The notes beneath the pieces are model-generated. The model was given only the letters and a program-made list of their open reading frames with translations, made no database searches and was not told the DNA's origin. A DNA stretch of 64,000 bases, taken from an uncultured bacterium. Its GTDB lineage: Bacteria; Spirochaetota; UBA4802; JAGODF01. Below, one piece after another: positions 30,892 to 39,373 of the stretch. The stretch's first letter is position 1. Each line of letters begins with the position of its first letter. Position numbers and translations under genes: made by a program. The stretch lies in contig CAKZSV010000016.1 of assembly GCA_937921485.1 (NCBI GenBank), positions 334 to 64,333 on the forward strand. Reading direction: 5' to 3'.

Positions 30892-31704
30892 ATGAAAAAT
30901 TATTCGAATTTTGTATGTTTCGCACTTATTTTGCTATTCTTTGTTGGGAATTGCAGTTTTACTCCTTCATCGCCCGTGTTGATCGTTGATAACAAACACG
31001 TGCAAGGCGGGAAAAATATTGTTATCAAAGTTGATTCAAAGCCAATTACGTATGATGGGACTACTGTTATAGGTGTACCTGGCGCAGGAAAGGAAACCGC
31101 TACGGCAGTAATATACCAGGATGCGACAGGTAAATTTGTGACAGAATACAGCAATACGAATCAAATTGTAAATAGTCACATAGAATGGGTTCAAGCAGCA
31201 AAAGATGCAAAGTATATCCGACTTGTGATATCACGAATGTTTTATTATAAGGACAATGTTTCTGAAATATTGAGGTATGCCTGCCTTTTGCCAACGCTCG
31301 GTTATTCATTTTTATTGTTTAATCCCGAGTCTTATTCTGATCATATATCTTTTGGGGAAGGCGGAGTAGGTGATGGTTCTGATATTACTCTTAATTTTGT
31401 ACTTAAAAAAGATTTCGATATCATGCTTACAGTAAGCAACATGGGTAACATGGAGTTAAAACAGCCCTTTATCATAAGCGATACTCTCCCGGATTATATG
31501 CTCTTTAAAAATGCCAAATACTATGCCAGCGGTGGAGTAGCAAAAGTGACTTATGATAACCACAAGATGGGAAACAATCAGAGCCTGGTTTTTAAGGTTT
31601 ATCCGAACGAATCAGGTTTTGGTCAATATCAGACTGTTCAAATAAAACTTACGATTAGTCCCGATCTTTCAAAATTTCTAAATGACTATAAGGTTAACAA
31701 TTAA
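30892..31704 (+). CDS. Putative lipoprotein with DUF11-like C-terminal Ig domain
   Basis: Signal peptide ending FVGNC; LTVSNMGN...IISDTLP motif; AT-rich. Confidence 0.7.
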   Translation: MKNYSNFVCFALILLFFVGNCSFTPSSPVLIVDNKHVQGGKNIVIKVDSKPITYDGTTVIGVPGAGKETATAVIYQDATGKFVTEYSNTNQIVNSHIEWVQAAKDAKYIRLVISRMFYYKDNVSEILRYACLLPTLGYSFLLFNPESYSDHISFGEGGVGDGSDITLNFVLKKDFDIMLTVSNMGNMELKQPFIISDTLPDYMLFKNAKYYASGGVAKVTYDNHKMGNNQSLVFKVYPNESGFGQYQTVQIKLTISPDLSKFLNDYKVNN

Positions 31705-31711
31705 TTCCTGC

Positions 31712-31750
31712 AAAGAGGGGACTTTGAAAATGAGAAGTCCCCTCTTTTTT
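31712..31750 (+). terminator. Intrinsic terminator
   Basis: AAAGAGGGGACTT...AAGTCCCCTCTTT stem followed by a T-run. Confidence 0.8.
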
Positions 31751-31823
31751 GTTGCTATATCATTGCCTTTAATAAAAAACATTATAGTACCCTCTAACCG
31801 CTTCCTTCCAACCCCAAAGCTGT

Positions 31824-32237
31824 TTACATCTCCGACAGCAATTTTTGCCTCGCCGATTCAATATGCCGCATCGCTTCCTGCGCGTGCATCAAAAGCTCCT
31901 TCGCGTCATCGGACGTGATGCTGTCGAAATCTCCGTAGTCGGCATCGGTGCGATGTGAAAGCAGATTTTTATATGTTTTGATTACTGATTGCGGCAAGAT
32001 GCCTTTTTTTATAAAATGCAGGCTCAGCATGGTGATGATGCCTTCATGCGTTTCGGGATTTGATCCTGCTAAAATGAGAAGGGCGCGTGCGGCGTTGAGC
32101 ACTGCATAATAGCTTCTGTTGATCGAAGTTCGGTATAATCCTCCGCTGAGCGTTTTTTCTGCATCGGAAATGAAACCATCGGCCTTATCCATCCGGACAT
32201 TGCTTAACTGCTTTTTTTCTTCGATTGAAAGCGTCAT
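31824..32237 (-). CDS. HEPN domain protein (UPF0332-like)
   Basis: NRSYYA...THEG...RTDADY. Confidence 0.9.
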   Translation of the reverse strand: MTLSIEEKKQLSNVRMDKADGFISDAEKTLSGGLYRTSINRSYYAVLNAARALLILAGSNPETHEGIITMLSLHFIKKGILPQSVIKTYKNLLSHRTDADYGDFDSITSDDAKELLMHAQEAMRHIESARQKLLSEM

Positions 32238-32557
32238 ACGGATATTCCCTCGCGTGTGATATTCTGATAGAAAGGCGTATTGCAGGCGCGTTCCTGTGCA
32301 AAAGCGCCTGCGTCTTTTATAAGTGGCGAAAAAGAAAGTCCGCGCTTCTCTTCGATATCAACGATGATGTCAATAATTTTCTGCTGTTTCTGCGGCGTTC
32401 GATTGCGGACAATAATCAGTATATCGAAATCCGATGAATCTGAGAAATCTCCGCGCACTCTCGAACCGAACGCAACGATCTGTTCAATATCATCGCCAAA
32501 TTCTTTGCGAAGCGATCGGGAAATTTCTTTCAGAGCGTTTCGTTCATGGGTGAACAT
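32234..32557 (-). CDS. MNT nucleotidyltransferase
   Basis: FGSRVRGD...SDFDIL; 4-bp overlap with the HEPN gene. Confidence 0.9.
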   Translation of the reverse strand: MFTHERNALKEISRSLRKEFGDDIEQIVAFGSRVRGDFSDSSDFDILIIVRNRTPQKQQKIIDIIVDIEEKRGLSFSPLIKDAGAFAQERACNTPFYQNITREGISV

Positions 32558-32641
32558 GCCCCATGTATGCCGTACATTGCAGGGCATGTCAAGGATATAA
32601 CGATTTTGCACGTGAATAATTATCGATTTGTTTCCCGATAG

Positions 32642-34633
32642 CTACATATCCCTCACCTTCTCAAACACCACCGAGAAATCCGAGCCGCTTCGGTAAAACA
32701 CCGGCGGATAGCCGATGGGCGCATCAACAGTGTGCGTGCCTGCCGGATATGCTTTGCCGCTCCAGAGATGAATCCACACATCATCGGGCAGTATCACCTT
32801 CCAGCGCCGCTTCCCTTTGCGCAGCACCGGCGCCACGAGCAGATCGCGGCCGTAGAGATATTCGTATTGCACATTCAGAAACTTCGCATCGTCATAATGC
32901 ATAAAAATGGGACGTACAGGCGGAAGACCACTCTCTTGATATTCGTTTGAAAGATGCATATGATAATCCCGCAGTGCGACAAAGATGCGGGTGAAGCGCG
33001 CAAAATGCGCAAGTGTTGCCGCATCGGAATCGAATTGCCAGTTGGAGGCGGGGCGATTTCCTTCGTGTGTGCGCATTGTCTGCGTGAAGGCAGCCTGTTC
33101 GGTCCATCGCATGAACAGCTCTTTGGAGCGGCGAATCCACCCGACGGTGGTATAGCCGCCGATGTCCGAATGATGATACCCGATGCCGCACATCCCGAGC
33201 GAAAGCGCTGCGGGAATCACGGTTGCAAGCCCGTCGTCGAAGCTCCAGTTGACGAGCTGATCGCCCGCCCAGATGCTTGCGGCGTACCGCGAACTTCCCG
33301 TGAAACCTGCGCGCATAAAATAAAAAATGTCGTTTTCTTTTTGTGCTTCGCGCACCGCCTCGAAGTTTGCTTTTGCCCACATGGCAGGATAGCGGTTATG
33401 ATACCGCTCGGCATTTTCTTTTGAAAAGAGAATTGCATCGGGGGGAAGCGCTTCGCCGAAATCGGCCATCCATCCAGAAAGGCCAAGCGCGATCATCTCC
33501 TGTGTGATGACGCTTTTATACCAGGTGCATGCCGAGGGATTGGTGAAATCGATCATGCCGGCGAAAAATTCGCCGAAATCTTCGGTGTAGGTGCTTCCAT
33601 CGGCGCGCAGCACTAAAAACCCGCGGTCAGCGGCTTCGCGGAAAAGCGGCGCGTCAGTTGCAAGGTAGGGATTGATGTATCCCAGAAAACGGATGCCGCG
33701 CTCGCGGTATTCCTTAATCTTTTCATCCAGCTTTGGGTACAGCGCTTTATTCCATTGCCAGTTCCAGAACAGCCGCTTGCCGAATGAGGTCATGCGCATG
33801 CCTTCCCAGTCCTGTGCCCACACCGCGGCAATTTTCGCACCGGCGGAAATCGCGTTTTTCAATTTCGCGTCGATTACCCCGGTGCCGCCCTGCATGCCGA
33901 GTATTGCGCCGCCATAGACCCAGTGCGGAAGCGGCCGTTGCCGGCCGACAAGCGCGCTCAGTCGCTGCAAAAGCGCCGGACGGGAAGGAGCAGTTCCAAG
34001 GATGATATTTTCCGGAATATGCCGGAAATGCAGAATGTGATAATCTTTTCCGGTGAAATCGAACTCCGCGTAGGCGGACTCATCTGAGTGGCAGAAATAC
34101 TGCGCTGAAGAGATGAAGGTCGGCTGATTGAAATACGTGGTGTACCATGTACCGCCTGCGTCGGCCTTGAGATTTGCCAGAAACGTGATGAGGTCTTTGC
34201 CGCGGCCGACGCCCTGTTCCTGCACGAAGATGGGAACGTTTTTTCCCTTTAGATTAAAATACGTATATTGCTCGCCGCAGCCATAAATTCCTTCGCCTGC
34301 TTCTCCGCACAGTTTCAGCCAGAAGCGGTTAATTTCCGCGTCGGCGCAGGAAAAGCGGATTTCCAGCGTGCCGTTTTTTTCTTCGGCAGTCATGGTGAGA
34401 ATATCTTCAAATGAAAGGACCACCCGCGTGGGGGTTGATTCTTTCACCAAAAATTGCGCAAGCGGCTTTTTTTCGCGCACGCTATCGCGGATTTTAAAAT
34501 GGCTATAGCGCATGCGGTATTCCGCCGTACCTTTGCCTGATGAAATGCAGGGATTTTTTTCATTGTGAATAAGAAATGTTCTGCCCTGAAAGCCGAGTTC
34601 AAAGCCGTGATTGTGCGCATTGAATTCAATCAT
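32642..34633 (-). CDS. yihQ: Sulfoquinovosidase, GH31 (YihQ-type)
   Basis: EQGVGR, WAQDWEGMRMTSFGKRLFWNWQW (Q/R/W sulfonate-binding residues), GWMADFGE nucleophile motif, WAGDQ, HSDIGGYT. Confidence 0.9.
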   Translation of the reverse strand: MIEFNAHNHGFELGFQGRTFLIHNEKNPCISSGKGTAEYRMRYSHFKIRDSVREKKPLAQFLVKESTPTRVVLSFEDILTMTAEEKNGTLEIRFSCADAEINRFWLKLCGEAGEGIYGCGEQYTYFNLKGKNVPIFVQEQGVGRGKDLITFLANLKADAGGTWYTTYFNQPTFISSAQYFCHSDESAYAEFDFTGKDYHILHFRHIPENIILGTAPSRPALLQRLSALVGRQRPLPHWVYGGAILGMQGGTGVIDAKLKNAISAGAKIAAVWAQDWEGMRMTSFGKRLFWNWQWNKALYPKLDEKIKEYRERGIRFLGYINPYLATDAPLFREAADRGFLVLRADGSTYTEDFGEFFAGMIDFTNPSACTWYKSVITQEMIALGLSGWMADFGEALPPDAILFSKENAERYHNRYPAMWAKANFEAVREAQKENDIFYFMRAGFTGSSRYAASIWAGDQLVNWSFDDGLATVIPAALSLGMCGIGYHHSDIGGYTTVGWIRRSKELFMRWTEQAAFTQTMRTHEGNRPASNWQFDSDAATLAHFARFTRIFVALRDYHMHLSNEYQESGLPPVRPIFMHYDDAKFLNVQYEYLYGRDLLVAPVLRKGKRRWKVILPDDVWIHLWSGKAYPAGTHTVDAPIGYPPVFYRSGSDFSVVFEKVRDM

Positions 34634-34644
34634 CGATAATCCTT

Positions 34645-35961
34645 TTATTGAATAATTTTCCAGCCGTTTATGCGCCCGAATATTTCCAGAGGACGAATGA
34701 AATCGCCATACGCCATCGACGCGTGATGTGCGATGCCATTGTACACGACTTTTTCGAGCACTTCTTTTACCGGAGCGTCAAATGTTACCTTTACGTAGGT
34801 TCCCCGTAGTTTTTTGTCCATCGGAATTCCATGTGCCCGCTGTAAAAAAATGCGCTGGGCATCTCCGGAGTTATCGAAGCGCAGGATGGAGATATCGCCG
34901 GTTTTCAGCACGAAATCGGCAGTGACGCCTTTCCCGCCGGCGAAATAGGTATCGAGCGAGCGTACGCATTTCCCGTCCCAGAGATTGCAGGGCGCCACGC
35001 CGCAGTGCCACAGTAGCGCGCTATCTTCATCGAAATCGACCTGGGAAAAATCGAAAAGATACGGCGTTTCCGCACCAAGCGCTTTGTGCGCCAGCATTGA
35101 AAGTGCACCCTCTACATCGCCTTCGCAGGCTAAAATTGCGCTTTCGGACTGCACCAGCGACATCGCCGCGCAGGGAGAGGTGCCGTAGCGTGCGGCAAAC
35201 TCCGGCCAACAGCGAATGGCAAGCGCCGAAAGGTTTTCCTGTTTCATAAATGCGTCGATGCGCGCAGCCAGTATCGCAGTTTTTTTTGCCTGTTCTTCGG
35301 TGATGCCGCTCGTATCGAAGGTCTTTTGCACAATATCATTCCAGCGCGATACCTCACTTTCGGAAACAGGCTGTTCGTACACATCCAAAAGCTCGTAGTG
35401 GTCGATGAGCACGCCGAAGCGCGCGTATGCTTCAAGGTCGCGCACGCTCAGATTGAAAAAACCGTGTGCGCGGAATCCCGCAATGCCGATATGCGCCGAC
35501 GAAAGCGCTTTTCGCACGCGAATCGCATCGACCCAGTCGGTATCTATTGAGCGCGACACAATGGCATGATAATTGCGCACGCCTGCTTTGTAGAGGTTGG
35601 ACGCATTCAAATTCACGCCGCAGACGGAATTGAGCCGGATTTTCCCCCCATCGTAGGGAAGCTCGGGAAGTCCCCACAGAAGCACGGGCTGGGGTAGAGC
35701 TTTCTTTAGTTCAAGCAGCAGATGGCCAAGGTGGAATGTGCCGCTTATGCAGACCAGCCCATCGATGTGTTTTTCTGAAAGGAAACGCGCAGCCTTTTTT
35801 GCATCGTCAATTTCGATGACAAGCTCCGGCCAGATGGCGCATTCCGCGCTGGGTAATGTTGCAAGGTCTTTTTTTATCCGGTTGAAAATCTCGCCCGCGG
35901 CATGGTAGTCGAAGGTTTTACGTGCCAGGCAGACGATGCCAAGCGTGATGTGCTGTTTCAT
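34645..35961 (-). CDS. L-fucose/L-arabinose isomerase family; putative SQ isomerase (SqvD-like)
   Basis: RCWPEF, ACEGD, WHCG, GIAHH; lies between the SQase and the GPH transporter. Confidence 0.85.
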   Translation of the reverse strand: MKQHITLGIVCLARKTFDYHAAGEIFNRIKKDLATLPSAECAIWPELVIEIDDAKKAARFLSEKHIDGLVCISGTFHLGHLLLELKKALPQPVLLWGLPELPYDGGKIRLNSVCGVNLNASNLYKAGVRNYHAIVSRSIDTDWVDAIRVRKALSSAHIGIAGFRAHGFFNLSVRDLEAYARFGVLIDHYELLDVYEQPVSESEVSRWNDIVQKTFDTSGITEEQAKKTAILAARIDAFMKQENLSALAIRCWPEFAARYGTSPCAAMSLVQSESAILACEGDVEGALSMLAHKALGAETPYLFDFSQVDFDEDSALLWHCGVAPCNLWDGKCVRSLDTYFAGGKGVTADFVLKTGDISILRFDNSGDAQRIFLQRAHGIPMDKKLRGTYVKVTFDAPVKEVLEKVVYNGIAHHASMAYGDFIRPLEIFGRINGWKIIQ

Positions 35962-35974
35962 GGTGGTACCTCGT

Positions 35975-37456
35975 TTATGTATTCATCAAGCGTTCGTATG
36001 ATTGTCCCGTAAGCTCTTCGCATACGGCACGGGTGCGGCTGTCAACCTCGCTTTTCTTTCCGCCGCTTTTCAGCCGCTCGATTTCTGCGATGAGCACGGC
36101 ATGCGTTTCGGGCGTGATATTGAATTTCCGCGCGATGATGATGCCGAGTACAATGAGCAGAAGCGGCAGGGAGAAGAAAAGGATGCGGAGCCAGAAAAGC
36201 GTGGTTTCCGCCTGCGGCTGGTTGATAGAGCGGCTGATACCGTCGATAATCTCAATAACAGGCTTTTGATAGCCGATGATGTCGAGCATTATGCCGATGA
36301 AGAAAATTGTCAGCGCGTTGACGATTTTACGGATGAAGGTCATCGCGCCCGCGTAGGAGCCCGCGCGCTTTTTGCCGGTAATCATCTCATCGACATCGGT
36401 CACCGAAGGAAGAATTGCCCAGGGCACCATGGTGCCGGCCGAAAGTCCGATGCCCATGAGTCCCGATACGGCAATGATGAGGTAAGGCGATGTTTCTTTG
36501 TTGAAAAATGCAGTGAGGATAAGCCCAACTCCCCAGATGCACAGTCCGACGATGTAGGCAAATCCCTTGCCTTTTTTATTGGAGATGTAAACATATACCG
36601 GAAGCATTGAAACCTGGGCCAGAAGCATCGCGCCGACGCAGGTGGCAAAGAGCTTTTCATTGCCAATATAATACGTGAGATAATAAATAAAAAGCGCCAT
36701 GAGTACATCCATCGCCATATACGAAGCGATGTACATTCCCATGTGCAGGCGAAACGAGCGATTGTGTCGCATGGAAAAAAGTTCCGAGAAAAAGCCGGAA
36801 ATAGTAAGCGAAGGAGCAGACTCGCAGGATTCCATCTCCCATGTGCCGTGGAAGACGATGATCCAGGGAATCATGTAAAAGATGCCGAAGATGACCGACA
36901 TCACCAGAAAGCCTTCGGCTTTATTGTGCGCGAAATAGGTATCGATGATAAGTTTGGGCACCACAGCGCTTACCAGCGATGAAAACTGAGAGCACATCAT
37001 GCGCGCGCCAGAGAGCCGCATCCGGCTTTTGTAATCGCAGGTCATTTCGGCATTCAAAGCGGAATAGGGCACCATGACCATGGTGAACGCGGTGCGGAAA
37101 AGAATGAAGGCGGTTACATAATACAGGAAAGAAAGATAGATGTTATCGAACCGCACGGCCACCCACAGCATGATAAACGTAAGCGCTACCGGCAGCATGC
37201 CTGCGAGAAAATAAATTCTGCGACGGCCGAAGCGGCTTTTCGTGCGGTCGGAAAGATAGCCCATCAGCGGGTCGGAAATGGCATCCCATATTTTTCCGGG
37301 AAGCATCACCAGGCCTGCAAGCGCGGGAGGAAGCCCGACAATGTCGGTGAGAAAGAACATGAAAAGAAGGCTTATGATGAGAAATGAACCGCCGCCGTAA
37401 AAATCGCCCACGCCGTACGCTATGAGATGATACCATCGAAGCGGTCTGTTATCCAT
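35975..37456 (-). CDS. GPH (MelB-like) MFS sugar-glycoside symporter; putative SQ/SQ-glycerol importer
   Basis: AYGVGD, WDAISDPLMGYLSDRT..RFGRRR, VPYSAL. ATG 8 nt after GGAGG. Confidence 0.92.
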   Translation of the reverse strand: MDNRPLRWYHLIAYGVGDFYGGGSFLIISLLFMFFLTDIVGLPPALAGLVMLPGKIWDAISDPLMGYLSDRTKSRFGRRRIYFLAGMLPVALTFIMLWVAVRFDNIYLSFLYYVTAFILFRTAFTMVMVPYSALNAEMTCDYKSRMRLSGARMMCSQFSSLVSAVVPKLIIDTYFAHNKAEGFLVMSVIFGIFYMIPWIIVFHGTWEMESCESAPSLTISGFFSELFSMRHNRSFRLHMGMYIASYMAMDVLMALFIYYLTYYIGNEKLFATCVGAMLLAQVSMLPVYVYISNKKGKGFAYIVGLCIWGVGLILTAFFNKETSPYLIIAVSGLMGIGLSAGTMVPWAILPSVTDVDEMITGKKRAGSYAGAMTFIRKIVNALTIFFIGIMLDIIGYQKPVIEIIDGISRSINQPQAETTLFWLRILFFSLPLLLIVLGIIIARKFNITPETHAVLIAEIERLKSGGKKSEVDSRTRAVCEELTGQSYERLMNT

Positions 37457-37528
37457 GTACACGACCTCCTTTTGGATTTTATCTGGATACTATATCATCA
37501 ACCCATAACCCGTGTGAAGCATAAAACG

Positions 37529-37558
37529 CATATAAATTGATAACGATTTAAATGTCAA
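37529..37558 (-). promoter_or_regulatory. Promoter of the MFS-isomerase-SQase operon with embedded operator
   Basis: TTGACA at 37558-37553; the motif TAAATTGATAACGATTTA lies at 37533-37550; TATAT-type -10. Confidence 0.72.
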
Positions 37559-37580
37559 GGGTTATTTTGCGGGTTTTGGG

Positions 37581-37649
37581 GCTCTGACCCCACCCGGTAG
37601 GAGCAAGGATATGATGCTCTGACCCCGCGCGAAATGGTGCTCTGACCCC
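37581..37649. repeat. Three direct copies of GCTCTGACCCC
   Basis: Copies start at 37581, 37616 and 37639. Confidence 0.75.
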
Positions 37650-37758
37650 GCCTGGGAGCGAAGTGGCCTTTCCGCAATACTCTTGACACATTTCGTCGTT
37701 TTTTCCAGGCTGTATGCGGGTGTACGGTATAGTATTTAATTCATCACGGAGAGATAAT

Positions 37759-38523
37759 ATGATAACGACAAAAATTGAAGACGGCGTGCTTTTAGCGGAA
37801 TTCTGCAATGGCAAGTACAACTCCATTACGCTTGAAACGCTGCAGCAATTGCGGGAAGCGGTCCAGAAAACAAACTCTGATCCTTCTATAAAAGGCATTG
37901 TGCTCACGGGACAGGGTAGGGTTTTTTCATCGGGGTTTGACCTGCCCACCTTTATGGGGTTTAAGGACCTCAAAGAAGTCACGGATTTTTTTGAACAATG
38001 GGCCGAACCTGTTTTTATGGAATTTTTCATGTGCACCAAGCCCACGGTGGCGGCCATAAACGGGGCGGCCATGGCGGGCGGGCTTATTCTGGCCACCGCG
38101 TGCGATTATCGCGTGGCAAAAAAACATCCGAAAATTCAGCTCGGCATGACCGAAATAAAAATCGGCCTTGGGCTTTCCGTGGTGCAGTCGGAAATCATGC
38201 AGTTCGGGTGGGACAGCGCGAAAAAATTCCGCGATATCATGTACAATGGCGAGCGCTATGGCGTGGAGGATGCATTGAAACTCGGCATTGTGGACGAACT
38301 TGCCGAAGAAGACAGGCTTTTACCGCGCGCGAAAGAAATCGTGACGAAATGGTATGATAATCCCGGCAAGGCTTTCGGCATGCTGAAGCTCGGGCTTCGC
38401 CGGCCCATCTATGACCGGATGAAGCATTATCTTGAAAATTCAAACTGGAAAGACGGCTTCAACTGTTTCTTCAATCCCGAAACGCGCGCGGCAATCGATT
38501 TCGTGATAAAGATGATGGGGTGA
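37759..38523 (+). CDS. Enoyl-CoA hydratase/isomerase (crotonase), possibly 3,2-enoyl-CoA isomerase
   Basis: FSSGFDL, PTVAAINGAAMAGG, LGMTEIKIGL. Confidence 0.88.
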   Translation: MITTKIEDGVLLAEFCNGKYNSITLETLQQLREAVQKTNSDPSIKGIVLTGQGRVFSSGFDLPTFMGFKDLKEVTDFFEQWAEPVFMEFFMCTKPTVAAINGAAMAGGLILATACDYRVAKKHPKIQLGMTEIKIGLGLSVVQSEIMQFGWDSAKKFRDIMYNGERYGVEDALKLGIVDELAEEDRLLPRAKEIVTKWYDNPGKAFGMLKLGLRRPIYDRMKHYLENSNWKDGFNCFFNPETRAAIDFVIKMMG

Positions 38524-38529
38524 TAACAT

Positions 38530-38642
38530 GGATATCTCTAAAAACCGCTTTCATCCTTACAATTAGCATCAAAAGAAAGCGGTTTTTACCTATATAGTGT
38601 GCCCACAAGGGAACATCCTTATAATGGTTATTAGAAGTTCCC
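38530..38642. mobile_element. MITE-like repeat, copy 3
   Basis: GGATATCTCTAAAAACCGCTTTC...GAAAGCGGTTTTTACC...GTGCCCACAAGGGAACATCC...TTAGAAGTTCCC; close to the reverse complement of copy 1. Confidence 0.8.
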
Positions 38643-39074
38643 TTACTTTAAAAGTGCGTTTACAAAACCAAGCGGAGCGATATTGTCCGCTATCCGTTTG
38701 TCGAACGTGAGAATTGCGATATCGGGATAGATGAGGAGAAATTCAAGCGCAGTAGCCAGGTGTATGGCATCTAAGGTAGGTACTGGCTCTACCGGGAATG
38801 GGAGTGATGCGCGATTTCTCACTGAGTGGGTTATTTCTAAAAGCGACCATCCTCTTTGCGCGTTTGTAAGCATGCCGCGCAGGCGTTGTCGCTCTGAAGG
38901 TTTAATAAGTCCGTGCGACTCAGCCCGCAGGATGGCGCGCTCAGCTTCGACAATCGAAAGCGTTGAGGTCACCACGGCTTCAGCTTTATTCAGGATAGCA
39001 CGCACGGTATTTCCCTCCGGTTCTCCCAGAAGCCATGCCAAAAGAGCAGATGTCTCGAGATATACGGGAATCAG
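38643..39074 (-). CDS. VapC/PIN domain toxin
   Basis: VYLETSALL...E...TLDAIHLATA...TFD. The N-terminal motif needs a start upstream of the track's TTG (CTG at 39074). Confidence 0.85.
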   Translation of the reverse strand: MIPVYLETSALLAWLLGEPEGNTVRAILNKAEAVVTSTLSIVEAERAILRAESHGLIKPSERQRLRGMLTNAQRGWSLLEITHSVRNRASLPFPVEPVPTLDAIHLATALEFLLIYPDIAILTFDKRIADNIAPLGFVNALLK

Positions 39075-39367
39075 TCGGCGCGCTCCTCGTCAATCAGTCG
39101 TAGTGAGGTGCCGCCGGGAAGAGCAATTGGTGATACGGGGAGTGCGCGCGTGCTCTTTTTTGCCATCGTCAACATCCCTTTTTCAATCCATTCAGATTTA
39201 AGTTCAACTTTTTCACGATGGAGCACTTCCACTGAAGGGTGTCGCAGTTCAGCGATAACGCGGTCACGATCGGTCACCAGGACAAGCGTACCGCTTTGTG
39301 CTTCCTTGAGATATGCGCTGAGGTTATTTTTCAATGCCTTAACGCCGACGGTTTTAATTGTTCGCAT
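39071..39367 (-). CDS. Phd/YefM family antitoxin
   Basis: VGVKALKNNLSAYL...VLVTDRDRVIAEL. Confidence 0.9.
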   Translation of the reverse strand: MRTIKTVGVKALKNNLSAYLKEAQSGTLVLVTDRDRVIAELRHPSVEVLHREKVELKSEWIEKGMLTMAKKSTRALPVSPIALPGGTSLRLIDEERAD

Positions 39368-39373
39368 ATCATA

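Noticed and set aside
32597-32607. Further operator copy (ATAACGATTTT) downstream of yihQ
   Set aside because: Only the right half matches, and it lies on the upstream side of the nearby TTGACA.
37581-37649. CRISPR-like mini array
   Set aside because: The repeat is only 11 nt with irregular spacing.
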